A stretch of DNA of 39,931 bases, from the NCBI RefSeq assembly GCF_004010195.1, contig NC_057749.1, positions 14,787,429-14,827,359 of the forward strand, read 5' to 3'. Positions 11,334-23,387 of the stretch are shown here, one piece after another. The first letter of the stretch is position 1. Every line of letters begins with the position of its first letter. Below the pieces are notes generated by a model, which was not told where the DNA came from, made no database searches, and saw only the letters and a program-made list of their open reading frames with translations. This DNA is from Chiloscyllium plagiosum (Eukaryota). A program made the translations under genes and the position numbers.

Positions 11334-11650
11334 TACATTACATTACATTACAGCGTGGTAACAGGCCCTTCAGCCCAACAAGTCCACACCGACCCGCCGA
11401 AGCGTAACCCACCCATACCCCTACATTTACCCCTTACCTAACACTACGGGCAATTTAGCATGGCCAGTTCATCTGACCTGCACATCTTTGGGCTGTGGGA
11501 GGAAACCGGAGCACCCGGAGGAAACCCACGCAGACACGGGGAGAATGTGCAAACTCCACACAGTCAGTCGCCTGAGGCGGGAATTGAACCCGCAGGGTCT
11601 GTGGCGCTGTGTGGCAGCAGTGCTAACCACTGTGCCACCGTGCCGCCCAC
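11334..11650 (-). mobile_element. HE1-type V-SINE, full length and young (CpGs retained)
   Basis: Minus strand gtgggcggcacggtggcacagtggttagcactg with a (TAATG)n tail. Possible TSD TAATTT (11328-11333 and 11651-11656). Confidence 0.93.
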
Positions 11651-12084
11651 TAATTTGGCCCCATTAAACCAGGTTACTACCCATCGTGCTGTAGAAATCA
11701 CTGAAAACTTGTTATACTGACAGGGGAAGGTGGACAATTCACATGACGTTGTGGTGGAAGGGTGCCTTTCATTGCAGTTGCCAACAGCTCAGATTGTGCA
11801 CATGAGATGGATCTTTGCCTATCCTGACTGGATTTCTGAATGAATCCCCACTCGCTGCACTCCTCCAAGACAATCACCATCTGGGTTCAAGGTTAAAGAG
11901 GACCTCCTGTTTTCAGGGAAATGTTGGTTACCTTCATCAGACCAGACCAGATCATCAGACTACTCTCTCGTTGCAGAGAGATGACTGGTGCCAGTTAAAC
12001 TTCAAAGGATTGTGAGTTGATTAAAGGTGCAGAGAATGTGGGGCTAAATATTTTGCCTTTGCTTCCTGCTCATTATCTTTACCT

Positions 12085-12381
12085 GGTGGCTCAGTGGTTA
12101 GCACTGCTACCTCACAGCACCTGCGTCCCAGGTTCGATTCCAGCCTCGGTCGGCTGTCTATGTGGAGTTTGCACATTCTCCCCGTGTCTGCGTGGGTTTC
12201 CTCCCACAGTCCAAAGATGCCCAGGTCAGGTGAATTAGCCATGTTAAATTGCCCATAGTGTTAGGTGTGTTAGTCAGAGGGAAATGAGTCTGGGTGGGTT
12301 ACTCTTCGGAGGGTCGGTGTGGACTGGTTGGGCCGAAGGGCCTGTTTCCACACTGTAGGGAATCTAATCTAATCTAATCTA
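12085..12381 (+). mobile_element. HE1-type V-SINE
   Basis: A/B boxes, V-domain and (AATCT)n tail. Confidence 0.92.
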
Positions 12382-12789
12382 GTTAAAAAGCCTCAACTGC
12401 GGGCAAAAGCAGAAATTGATGGAGAAGCTCTGGCAGCATCTGTGGAGTGAAATATTGTCTTTCCTCTCTTGGTTTTTTTTTTAAAACTCGATTTGGGAAC
12501 CTTTGTCGTCGCAAATTTGCAAACATGCTGAGGCACGAAGCCCTAGCCCCTTAGGGGATTTGAATAATTATAGCTCTCAGACCGTTGACCAGAAAGCCAG
12601 ATCTTTTCTACTTTGGACATCGATACACACTTTTTCAGCAGGGGAGGACTTGATAGTGACCAGGTTCCTGATCCCAAACCCACCAAAGGCTATCTGAAGC
12701 CTGCTTCCAAATTGCTGGCTTACTGACATCAGTCAGTTCTACACATTTGAGGGAAATGAAAGTTGTCGTCCAGATGCACTTTAGAAGAT

Positions 12790-13171
12790 TTATGCTTAAT
12801 TTCAAATTCCTCTTAGGCCTTGTGCTCCTGAGTTATAAAACCACCTCCAGGAGTGTGACCCTCCAAGGTATGTGTTTGACCAGTTCTGACAGATTGCGCA
12901 GGTTCAGTATTCATCACTTCCTCAATGGTGGCTGTGCCTTTCTGGGTGGGTTACTCTGGAATTGTTCTAAACCTCAGCATCTCTCTCTCTGACTCCTTCA
13001 CTGAGGCACTCCATTAAAGACTACTTCTGACTGAGCTTTCACTCACCTATCCAACACCATGTGTATGGCTCAGTGTCACATTTTCTGCTGTAATGCTACT
13101 AGGAAGCACCTTATAATGTTTTCACTGCAGTACTGGTGCCATATCAATGCAAGTTGTCATTGTTGTTGTTG
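12790..13171 (+). mobile_element. L2-clade LINE 3' end
   Basis: ggtggctgtgcctttc...ctctggaatt...atggctcagtgtca...tgccatatcaatgcaagttgtcattgttgttgttg, ending in an L2-type (TTG)n tail. Confidence 0.65.
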
Positions 13172-13599
13172 AAATCTGCTGGTCTCTATGACCTTGCTTC
13201 CATCCAATTTATCTAATCTATTGAGAATTCATGTGGTTTCAGTGCAGAAAATATTATATTATACCTTTCCTTAAGCTCACAATGAACATGAAGTGATGTT
13301 GAATGGTCAGTAACGAGCTCAGGCTTGTCTCTTAAAGCCTCTGTGAAGTTGCTGATGACTATTTACACTCATTTCAAGCTCCCAGCTTCTTTGCTGTGAT
13401 TACAAAGTGAGATTTGAAGCTGTTGTATTTAGTAATAGCGGCCAAGAACATAACAAAACAAAGAAAATATGCAAAGCACCACTTCGCCAACATGACCTCA
13501 TGCGAGTGACAAAGAGGAAATGACCACCCATTGTTCATGGAGGGGTCAATCAGGCCATCAACATCACTCACCTACTTCAACACCCTTGTTCTGTTCGCA

Positions 13600-13876
13600 A
13601 AAGTGACTTCCAGCTTTTGACCATTTCAACACCCTACCCTGTCGCCTGGCCAACATCTTTGTCTCAGGCTTTTACTGCAGTGCTCCAGCGAGACTCAGGG
13701 TAAGCTGGAGGAGCAGCGTCTCATTTTCCAGCTGGGGACCCTGCAACCTCTAGGACTCTATCAAACTCAATAACGTTAGGGCATGAACAACGCTCCGAAA
13801 GCTTGTGATTTTAAGTAAACCTGTTGGACTATAACCTGGTGACCTCTGACTTTGTCCACTCCAGTCCAATGCCGGC
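13600..13876 (+). mobile_element. Penelope-like element remnant: GIY-YIG endonuclease C-terminus plus a partial terminal repeat
   Basis: Translates with one frameshift as HFNTLPCRLANIFVSG/LLQCSSETQGKLEEQRLIFQLGTLQPLGL, the HF...LE..I..L.T..P.GL pattern of Penelope-like endonucleases. Followed by gctccGAAAgctt...aaacctgttggactataacctggtg. Confidence 0.7.
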
Positions 13877-14458
13877 AGGAATATCTCTATCAGGAATAAA
13901 CCATGAAATAAGTAAACCATTTTCTATCTGGTTAAAGACTGAAACCAGCCAACTGAATCAGCATCAGGAAATTTACATGTCTTGTGTAATTCCCATTTAC
14001 GTGCTAAATTCAAAGCACTAAGTGAACAGCAGGAGTTGTGACCAGGCAGTTGGGTGAGATGCTGGAGAGTTGATGTGCCTAGGAATCTGGGGAAGGCAGG
14101 AAGGCTGGAATTAGTTTAATGTTGTTTCCCAGTTGATTTGATGTTCTACTTTCTCCCATTTATCACCTGATCTATTAGAACAACATCAACCTGTGTGACA
14201 CGGTGCTACCTGCAGAGGACCCACAGAATATTATGGATCAAATAAAATCTGGAAGGATGGATTCAACATGAACTTCAAAGGGATAGAAAATAAAAACAGT
14301 GGTGGTCTGAAGCTCTTTAGAAGAAGCTAGTGAAAATTTGATGTGCGAGAGAGGTAGAAAACAGGAAGCTCTGGCCCATTAGGCTTGAATTCTGCCCAGG
14401 AAAGGTGGGAAAGCAATTATTAAGGAGCTGGATGTAGGATGTAGGAAATGGGAGATCC

Positions 14459-14612
14459 ATTTCCAGATGTTTCGTCACTCTACTAGGAATCATTTTCAGT
14501 GGGCCTCAGGCGAAGCAGTGTACATAATTCCTGCTATATATGTTTGGGTTTCTTTGGGTTGGTGATGTTATTTCCTGTGGTGATGTCATTTCCTGTTCTT
14601 TTTCTCAGGGGC
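14459..14612 (-). mobile_element. Penelope-like terminal repeat fragment with a degenerate type I hammerhead (14463-14502)
   Basis: Minus strand cca-CTGAAAA-tgattcctagtagagtgac-GAAAC-ATC-tgg. Internal tandem repeat acaggaaat(g/a)acatcacca. Confidence 0.6.
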
Positions 14613-15449
14613 ATATAGCTGGGCACTTGGGGAAAAAAAACTCAAAGCAATTGGGGAGAGTTTGTGAAAGGGAAAGCATGTTTAATCAATTTATTAATCA
14701 ATCTGAAGGATTAACATGAACTGTGGATAAAGGGGGACCTGTAGATGTACTGCACTCGGATTGCTAGAAAGCATTTGACAAGGTGCCGCGTAAGTTACTG
14801 CACAAAATAGGAACTTGTGATGTAAAGGGTGACACACTGGCATGGTCTGGTAAAATGGGACCGGTGGAGCCCTGCCTGTGTTGAGCTCTAAGCTTTGTAG
14901 AATTTATATCAGTAAGAAACACAGGGCGCAAGTGTGTAACAGCGATATGTGCAGATGACACCAAGTTAAGCACAAAGTGTGTTGTGAAGAGGACATGAGA
15001 TTGCAGACAGATATAGAAGGGTCTAGCGTGTCGGCAGATGGAGTACAATGTGTGAAAAGGTGAAGTTCACTTTGACAGGAAAAATGAAAAACATTTTAAT
15101 TACCTGAACACAGCACAACTGCAGGATTATGAGGGGCAGAGGGATCTGGCTGTTCTAGTGTGAGATCACAAAAAGTTAGTATGCGGGTGCAGTGAGTAAT
15201 TAAGGCTAATGAAAGCTGTCCTTTATGACGAGAGGAATTGAACATAAAGGTTAGAAGGTTATGGTTCAGATACATAGAACATTGGTGAGACCACATCTCG
15301 AATACTGTGTGCAACTTTGTTCTCGTTGTCTAAGGAGGTTTAATCGAAGGATATCTGGAACGAGTGGGTGGGTTGTTTTAGGTAGCGCAGATTGGCTTTT
15401 GTTCCACTGGAGCTTTGAAGAGTGAGGGTGGAGTGATTGGGACAAGGGC

Positions 15450-15656
15450 CAAGTGAATCTCATTGTTGAGTATGAGATCCCTGTTTGGGACTGTTAACCT
15501 GGGCCAATCAGAGTGCCCTGGCTGACAGGTGTAAACAGGAACCTCAGAGAGTCTCCTCATTTCAAGGGACTGGCTCTGATTGAGATATCCAGAGTCCATG
15601 TATAAGCACGAGTAAATAAAAGGCGACTTGGTTATGGGATTCTTGGAATTATTTCA
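15450..15656 (+). mobile_element. Solo-LTR-like repeat (5' boundary uncertain)
   Basis: CCAAT box, AATAAA at 15615-15620, ends ...TTATTTCA. Homologous to 8503-9110 on the minus strand. Confidence 0.6.
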
Positions 15657-16437
15657 GAGTGAGTGACTTGATTAAAGTGAATGAGGTCTTGAACTATCTT
15701 AACAATGTGGATGTGGGAAGATTATAACCTGTTGTGGGTGATTCTGGACTCAGAATGATGTTTTACAATTAGGGGTCATCCTTTCAGGGCAGAGATGAGA
15801 ATATTTTCTTTGAGAATTGTGCAATTTTGGAACTCTCTGCCTCAGAAGGGGTGGTAGTGGGACCGTTAAATATTGTTAAGGTGGAGGTGGATAACTTCTT
15901 GCTTGGCAGGGGAATCAAATCAAGGGAGGTGGGATGTGAAATTCAAAATGCAAGTAGATCAGCCATGATCTTATTGAAGGGGGGACCAGGGTCGAGGGGC
16001 CGAATGACCTACTCTAGCTCTTGTTTTATGCGATGGCAGATGGATTGTGTTCGAGGGAGGCTAGAGAAATCCAGAAATTAGTTTGTGAAGATAAAGGATG
16101 TGTTAATAAAATAAAAATGAAACATGTAACAAGGGAGAAAATGCAAGTTGCTGCATTTCATCCATTTCCCTGTTTGCCTCAGACACTGGGTTAACAGCAA
16201 AAAATTGTGCAGGAATATAAAAGTCTTTGAAATGTAGATGCACTAAAAAAATTCATTTGCAGACAGTAAGACAAGCCGAAGTTCTTAAAATTGCAAGAGC
16301 AAAAATAACTCTTTGAGCAATGACATCCAGAAAATGAAACGTCTGTATTTTGGCTGTTTGGATCAGCTGAAAAGATGCAGCAATTTCTTGGAGCAGGCAG
16401 TATGGGGAATAGCTGAAAGAGGGACCAAACTAGTTGG

Positions 16438-16718
16438 TTAGATTAGATTACATTACAGTATGGAAACAGGCCCTTCGGCCCAACAAGTCTACACCGACCC
16501 GCCGAAGCGCAACCCACCCATACCCCTACATTTACCCCTTACCTAACACTGCGGGCAATTTAGCATGGCCAATTCACCTGACCTGCACATCTTTGGACGG
16601 TGGGAGGAAACCGGAGCACCCGGAGGAAACCCACGCAGACACGGGGAGAATGTGCAAACTCCACACACAGTCGCCTGAGGCGGGAATTGAACCCAGTGCT
16701 AGCCACCGTGCCGCCCAC
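16438..16718 (-). mobile_element. HE1-type V-SINE, young, with a deletion in the head
   Basis: Near-identical to 11334-11650. Confidence 0.92.
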
Positions 16719-17504
16719 TACTCTGGTGTTGGATGGCAGATGTTAGAATGGCTGACAGTAGACGTGCGAGGAAGGCGTCGGACAGTCAAGAGTGGCACTG
16801 AGAGACCAGGGGTTGTGGAAGGAGGACATTATGTGGAGCTCAGAGCAAGAGGATCTTTAGTGGAACAATAACTGTCAAGTTAAATGTGCACAGCTATGGG
16901 CAAAGGGCAAGGGACTGAGCTTGTCTTCTTGTGTCCCCTTATTATGTCAAAATCAATGTTCACTACGCCTCTGAAATCTAATCCCAAAACCAGTTAGCTT
17001 CCTCCATTTCCCACTGCCTCCCACAACACATGGACTATTGAGATTGATTCTTGAGTTGAAACGGTTGTCATACTGTCAAGGAGACATTGATGATAACGAG
17101 CCTGCGTTCTCTTGAGTTTCGATGAATGAAATGCAATCTCACTGAGCAACATAAAATTCTCTCATAATATAACCAGGTGAGTTAAACAATTGCAGAGCTG
17201 CTCCCTGGGTTCCCTAGAGGCTGCATCTTGGTCAGACAGTGCAGGTGAGGGGTCCATGGGTAAATTTGCTGTGAGCAATCCTTCTGATGGGTTAAGCTAT
17301 AGCTAGCAAGTTAGGAGTAAGAGACAGGTTTGCTCTTGATTAAACAGCGCAAAGATGTATTACTAGTATTTATCAGTCAGGTACATTGCATCAAAGGTAC
17401 ATCATTGTCATTTGTGAGCCATTAGGCTCAACACAGCATTAAGTACATATCGCTGCTTTGTTACATGCTGTTAACATGATGAACAAGTTAGGACACGCAA
17501 CACC

Positions 17505-17690
17505 ACTCTTTTACACGGAGAGTGGATTCTATATGGTGTGTACTGCCAGAGGAAGTGGTAGATGCAGGTAAAGTTACAACATTTAAAAGACTTCTGGATA
17601 GGTTCATGAATGGGAAAGGTTTGGAGGGAAATGGGTTTAGTTTGGGAACATGGTCTGTGTGCACTATTTGGACTGTATGGCTCTAACTAC
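17505..17690 (+). mobile_element. CR1 LINE 3' end fragment
   Basis: ctgccagaggaagtggtagatgcaggta...acatttaaaagac...ggaaaggtttggaggga. Confidence 0.7.
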
Positions 17691-17815
17691 TGCAGCTCTC
17701 TGGAACACTCTCGTAACTCCTGTTGGCTCCTTTCAGGAGCAGTCCTTTAAAACCTGATAGGTGGAGCTTATCTGTGATGCCAATTAACCCTTTCAGATAC
17801 TAATGTGTGACTAAC

Positions 17816-18136
17816 GTGGGGCAGCACGGTGGCACAGTGGTTAGCACAGCGCCAGAGACCTGGGTTCAATTGCGGCCTCGGGCAACTGTCTGTGTGGAGT
17901 TTGTACATTCTCCCCGTGTTTGCGTGGGTTTCCTCCGGACGCTCCGGTTTCCTCCCACAGTCCTAAAGATGTGCAGGTCAGGTGAATTGGCCATGCTTAA
18001 TTGCCTGTAGTGTTAGGTGAAGGGGTAAATGTAGGGGAATGGGTCTGGGTGGATTGCTCTTCGGAGGGTCGGTGTGGACTTGTTGGGCTAAAGGGCCTGT
18101 TTCCACATTGTGTAAGTAATCTAATCTAATCTAATC
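17816..18136 (+). mobile_element. HE1-type V-SINE
   Basis: gtggggcagcacggtggcacagtggttagcac, V-domain and (AATCT)n tail. Confidence 0.92.
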
Positions 18137-18990
18137 AGATGGCACTTCCGAGGAACTATCAGTAAGGTGACGGGCCAAATGGCCTGTTCCTGTACTATAT
18201 TGATAGAGGTTGCCAGTTGTATGAGGAGGTTTTCCTCTGGTCTGTTCAGGAGTGTGAGGGTGTGGCGGTGTATCAGTTACCACCCCAGATATCAGAAACG
18301 TCTTCCAATCTTTTCCAAATTTGGTGATGTTCAGAGTTAGAGACAGTTGAGAGCAAAACAGGAGGCAGCTTCTTCCTGGTAAATGGAGTGAATGAGGAGG
18401 AACATGTCTGTGATTAAAGGAAATAGTGAGGGCAAGATTGTTGATGGAAAACTGATTGAAATGGGATCCTGAAAAGGAGACACCGATTGTTCCTACTGTA
18501 GCTGGGCTGGAGAGTCTCGAATTTGGAATAAACGTTCGACCAGGACAGTAATTTCCTCACTCACTGGGTTTGTGAATCTTTGGAATTCTCTTCCACAGTG
18601 GACCTTCGGTCGTTAGGACCAGAAGTCACTAGAATTTGAGACTTCTAGGGAACTGAGGAATATGGAGCTGAGCTGTAAGCTCCTGCAGTTTTGATCTTAT
18701 TGAGTGTTAGAACGCATCTGAGGCAGCTACTCCTCTTATTGTGTTGTTTTGTCAGCTGGTGTAAAGAATTTGAGGAAAGAAAAGTCTGTTTTCCCATTGG
18801 AAAGGAATCAAGATCTGGTGAGCCGTCTATTGCACTGCCACAGGATGTGGAGATAGTGAACTCTGAGGAAAGGACATCATGCTGAGGTTGGTGAGGACAT
18901 TGGTGAGGCCTCTTCTGGAGTAGTGTGTCCAGGTCTGGTCACCCTGTGACAGGAAGGCTATTATTAAGCTGGAGAGGGTTCAGAAGAAAT

Positions 18991-20624
18991 AGAACTCTGT
19001 GGGAAGCTAGGGAAGTGATTGCTGGGCCTCTTGCTGAGATATTTGTATCATCAATCGTCACAGGTGAGGTGCCGGAAGACTGGAGGTTGGCTAACGTGGT
19101 GCCACTGTTTAAGAAAGGTGGTAAGGACATGCCTGGGAACTATAGACCGGTGAGCCTGACATCAGTGGTGGGCATGTTGTCGGAGGGAATCCTGAGGGAC
19201 AGGATGTACATGTATTTGGAAAGGCAAGGACTGATTCAGGATAGTCAACATGGTTTTGTGTGTGGGAAATCATGTCTCACAAACTTGATTGAGTTTTTTG
19301 GAGAAGTAACAAAGGGGATTGAAGAGGGAAGCATATTAGGCATGATCTATACTGAGTCAAGACTAGAGTGATCCTGGAAAAGCACAATAGGTCAGGCAGC
19401 ATCGGAGGAGCAGGAAAATCGATGTTTTGAGCAAAAGCTTTCATCTGTGATCTATATGGACTTCAGTAAGGCGTTCAACAAAGTTCCCCATGGGAGAGTG
19501 GATAGCAAGGTTAGATCTCACGGAATACAGGGAGAACTAGCCATTTGGATACAGAACTGGCTCAAAGGTAGAAGACAGAAGATGGTGGAGGAAGGATGTT
19601 TTTCAGACCTGTGACCAGTGGAGTGCCACAAGGATTGGTGCTGGGTCCTCTACTTTTCTTCATTTATTTTAATAATTTGGATATGAACTTAGCAGGTATA
19701 GTTAGAAAGTTTGCAGATGACACCAAAATTGGAGGTGTAGTAGACAGCGAAGAAAGTTCCTCAGATTACAACGGGATCTTGAATAGATGGGCCAGTGGCT
19801 GAGGAGTGGCAGATGGAGTTTAATTTAGATAAATGCGAGGTGCTGCATTTTGGGAAAGCAAATCTTAGCAGGACTTATGCACTCAATGGTAAGGTCCTGG
19901 GGAGTGTTGCTAACAAAGAGACCTTGGAGTGCAGGTTCATAGCTCCTTGAAAGTGGAGTCACAGGTAGATAGGATAGTGAAGAAGGCATTTAGTGTGCTT
20001 TCCTTTATTGATCAGAGTATTGAGTACAGGAATTGGGAGGTCATGTTCTGGCTGTATAGGGCATTGGTTAGGCCACTGTTGGAATATTGCATGCAGTTCT
20101 GATCTCCTTCGTATTGGAAAGATGTTGTGAAACTTGAAAGGGTTCAGAAAAGATTTTCAAGGATGTTGCCAGGGTTGCAGGATTTGAGCTATAGGGAGAG
20201 GCTGAATAGGCTGGGGCAGTTTTCCCTGGAGCATCAGTGGCTGAGGGGTGACCTTGTAGAGGTTTATAAAATCATGAGGGGCATGGATAGGGTAAATAGA
20301 CAAAGTATTTTCCCTGGATGTGAGGGAGTCCAGAGCTAGCGGGCATAGGTTTAGGGAGAGAGGGGAAAGATATAAAAGAGACTTGAGGGAGAAATGTTTC
20401 ATGCAGAGGATGGTACGTGTATGGAATGGGCTTCTGCAAGAAGTGGTGGAGGCTGGTACAATTGCAACATTTAAGAGGCATCTGGATGATATATGAATAG
20501 GAAGGGTTTGGAGGGATATGGGCCAAGTGCTGGCAGGTGGGACTGATAGGAGTGGGATATTTAGCCAGCATGGACAAGTTGGACTGAAAGGCCTGTTTCT
20601 GTGCTGTACAGTTCTATGATTCCA
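18991..20624 (+). mobile_element. CR1 LINE, 5'-truncated (about 1.6 kb), disrupted ORF2 reverse transcriptase
   Basis: PEDWRLANVVPLFKKG..NYRPVSLTS, QHGF..GKSCLTNL, SGVPQG.VLGP, FADDTK, LERVQKRF. Contains stops and frameshifts. Tail ttctatgattc. Confidence 0.95.
19352..19447 (-). mobile_element. Short hammerhead-family insertion inside the CR1 reverse transcriptase
   Basis: TSD TGATCTATA (19343-19351 and 19448-19456). Homologous to 2025-2120; the ribozyme core is decayed. Confidence 0.8.
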
Positions 20625-22058
20625 TACCAGGATGTTGAGAAGAATGGAGGATATGAGTTGTAAGCAGTGGCGGGGACTTTTTTCACTGGAGTATAGGAGG
20701 TTGAGGAGTGACCTTATTGAGCTTTATAAAATCAAGAGGGTTATAGACAAGGTCAGTGGCAGGTGTCCTTTCCCTAGAGCGGGAGATTTCAAGACTGGGG
20801 CCATATTTTTCAGGTGAGAAGAGAAAAACTTTAAAAAAGTCATGAGGGGTAACTTTTTTTAACACAGGGGATGGTTCCTGTGTGGAATGAACGTCCTGAG
20901 GATGTAGTGGATGGAGGTACAGTTACAGTGTTTACATTCGGATAAGGACATGAATAGGAAGGGTTTGGAGGGAAATGGTCCAAATGCAGCCAGGTGGGAT
21001 TAGTTTAGTTTGGGATTTCTGTCGGCATGGACTGGTTATTCTGAAGGGTCTGTGTCCGTGCTGACTCCCTCTGACATCTGGCACAGTTTGATGAGTGTTG
21101 GACTGAAGCCATCAACAACAATGACAAAAAGCAGAAGTGATGAGGGGCAGGCCTCTGTAAAATGGAGAAGAATGGGGAGGCGGAGAGGACAGATGCTGGA
21201 GGAGTTCCTGATAAATGAGTCTGCTGATGAGGAATAAAATGATCCATGGAGAAGTGAGCTAGCTATGAAGACGGGGTGTGTAGGCTTGGAGGGCTCTGTG
21301 GTGTTCTGGAGAACCACACACTTTGCTGATGTGCTTGTGAGCAGAATCCCAGGGAAGCTGGAGTACAGAGACTGAGACACTTGGGGTTGTGCGTTAGGCT
21401 GATGTCGAAGTGATGGATCATTAGAGAGTTAACTGCAAATGTTCTGAAGTTTAGAGTTTACACTGTGTCTAATCACAGCGCGGAATAGTTTGAAAGGCAC
21501 AGGGTGTATGGTGAGTGCAACAAACAAATATCGTTACTCATTAATGCTGGGCACCGGTGTGTACTCATATTAGAAACCAATAGCATTCAAACCAAGATTG
21601 ATTTTCCAATTGATAAAAGTATTGATCAGAATCACTCTCATTAATCAGCTCCCGTTCTCACTGTGCAGAGACGGATTGGCACAACACTCACTCACTATAA
21701 ATAGTCATTTCTCTTTAGGTTTCACATACTGACTATGTGAGGTGTCTGCTGAGTGCTTTAGTTTGGAGATAACAAATTCATTGTGACCTCTTGTGTCCTG
21801 GGTTGAACTCCAGCCCAGTTTAATGGTATTGGTCTCTGAAGGTCCAATATGAAGGGGGTTTGTCTGGAACCAAGTCCCTAAGTCATTAATAATGAGCAGA
21901 GAGAAGGCATGTCCCTAGCTGCAAAAGTGCTGGTGGTCTCCCTGGTTAAACCTCCCTTAATGCCATTAAACAATGGAGGGCCCGGATAATGGCAATGGCA
22001 CCTACCAAGCAATCTTCTCTTTCCTGGCTGGTGTTGTAATGCTGAGTGTTTGTTCTAT

Positions 22059-22183
22059 CTGATGAAGGGCTTATGCCTTAAACGTCAATTCTCCTGCTCC
22101 TCGGATGCTGCCTGACCTACTGTATATTTCCAGCACCACACTCTTGACTCTGATCCCCAGAATCTGCAGTCCTCACTGTCTCC
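22059..22183 (+). mobile_element. Short hammerhead-family insertion
   Basis: Starts CTGATGA-A-GGGC-TTAT-GCCT-TAAAC-GTC (G12 mutated). TSD TGTTTGTT(C/G)TATCT, 13 of 14 matching (22047-22060 and 22184-22197). Confidence 0.8.
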
Positions 22184-23387
22184 TGTTTGTTGTATCTATT
22201 TCCATCCACAGCGTGGAGAGGATTTGTTCATGCACCTGATCTTGGCCTTGGTGAGGGCACCTACGGGGGGTGGGGAGGTGGGGGTTGCCATGATCACCAT
22301 TGGTGGTAGGGGGCTGGACAATCGTTAAAGGTCCAAAGGAAAAATATGAATTTGCCATTCAAGACAACATTTACACTGCAGGAAACCATTAGGAAATGAT
22401 CAAAGTGTCAGTCTGGATCAGGATCTCAGATCCTGGAATGGGAGCCGAGATCCTGGTTTGGGGCTTGAATCTATAAAAACTGTTGATAGGGTTATGAACA
22501 CTCCACCTCATCCTGCGTTAGGATTAGAGTCAACCCTGACATTATCAGAAGCCAAGCTGATTATGACCAAATCCCATTGAGGTTTATCCTGTGGCTACAT
22601 TGACCAGGCCCCTAACTGGATGTCTCAATGAAGAGTCAATGACTTCACTTTGAACCCATCTCCTGTTTGCATTTTTTTGTCTATCAACTTTCCTTCGAGT
22701 AGCCAAATTAGATTGGATTTCTGAGCTGGCACATGGAGACAGATACAGCTAATTAGACCTTGTGCAGCTGACTGGGTTACTGAGGGATATAAAAACTTTT
22801 GAGTTGCTTGTTCAGGCAGCTCTGGCACGTGTATCTTGTCAGTCACAATGGAACATTCTCTGTACAATCGGTGAAGAGGAACGAAGCCTTACCGAATTAT
22901 CTGTTGTGTTAGGAAGAATCGCTTTATTTTATTTAACATAATTTTAAGAGTAAGGTTTGTGAAGACTCGTCGTATCTTGTTGCTCCTGATGAGGTGTGTT
23001 GATTGTTTTTTCCCTCCTTGGGAACAGCTGGTGTACAGTGATTGGGAAGGCTCCTGCTCGCCCCCTGATGGAGTAGGTTGTGATTTACCCCGTAAAGGCC
23101 TGGTTTCTTCTGTGGATGTATCCACAGTCAACCCCACAGACTGTTCAACTGCCATGAGGCATCACCAGTCTCTTCCTTCCCCAGGTTGCCCGGATACTTG
23201 CAATTTCTGGCAGGACAGAAACTTTTTCCCTTCCCTTGTTGATTAAATTATTTGAACTGACTTTAAAAACCTTGTGAACTTGCTGCTGGGTTGCTGAATT
23301 GCAAACAGTGTTAAACCCGTATTTATCTTGCTTTCAACCCCATCAGAAAGTTGCTCTATCAGATTATTCAACTGAGGTTTGCTTTTT

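Larger units (their letters stand above)
14370..16020 (+). mobile_element. Old CR1 LINE reverse-transcriptase region and 3' end, interrupted by Penelope-like (about 14459-14612) and LTR-like (about 15340-15656) inserts
   Basis: gaaagcatttgacaaggtgcc (KAFDKV), gcagatgacaccaag (ADDTK), cattggtgagaccacatctcgaatactgtgtgcaa, and the tail ggggccgaatgacctactct. Confidence 0.75.
18875..21075 (+). mobile_element. Older CR1 3' fragment (18875-18990 plus 20625-21075) hosting a younger CR1
   Basis: ggagagggttcagaagaaat at 18990 resumes as taccaggatgttg at 20625, restoring the contiguous CR1 sequence seen at about 24820-24850. Confidence 0.75.

Noticed and set aside
12405..12447. Additional hammerhead copy
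   Set aside because: Only the distal arm of the 5705-type element is present, and the ribozyme core is missing.
18925..20339. Reverse-transcriptase ORFs as a host gene or retron-like system
   Set aside because: Ordinary 5'-truncated CR1 ORF2 with stops, frameshifts and an insertion.
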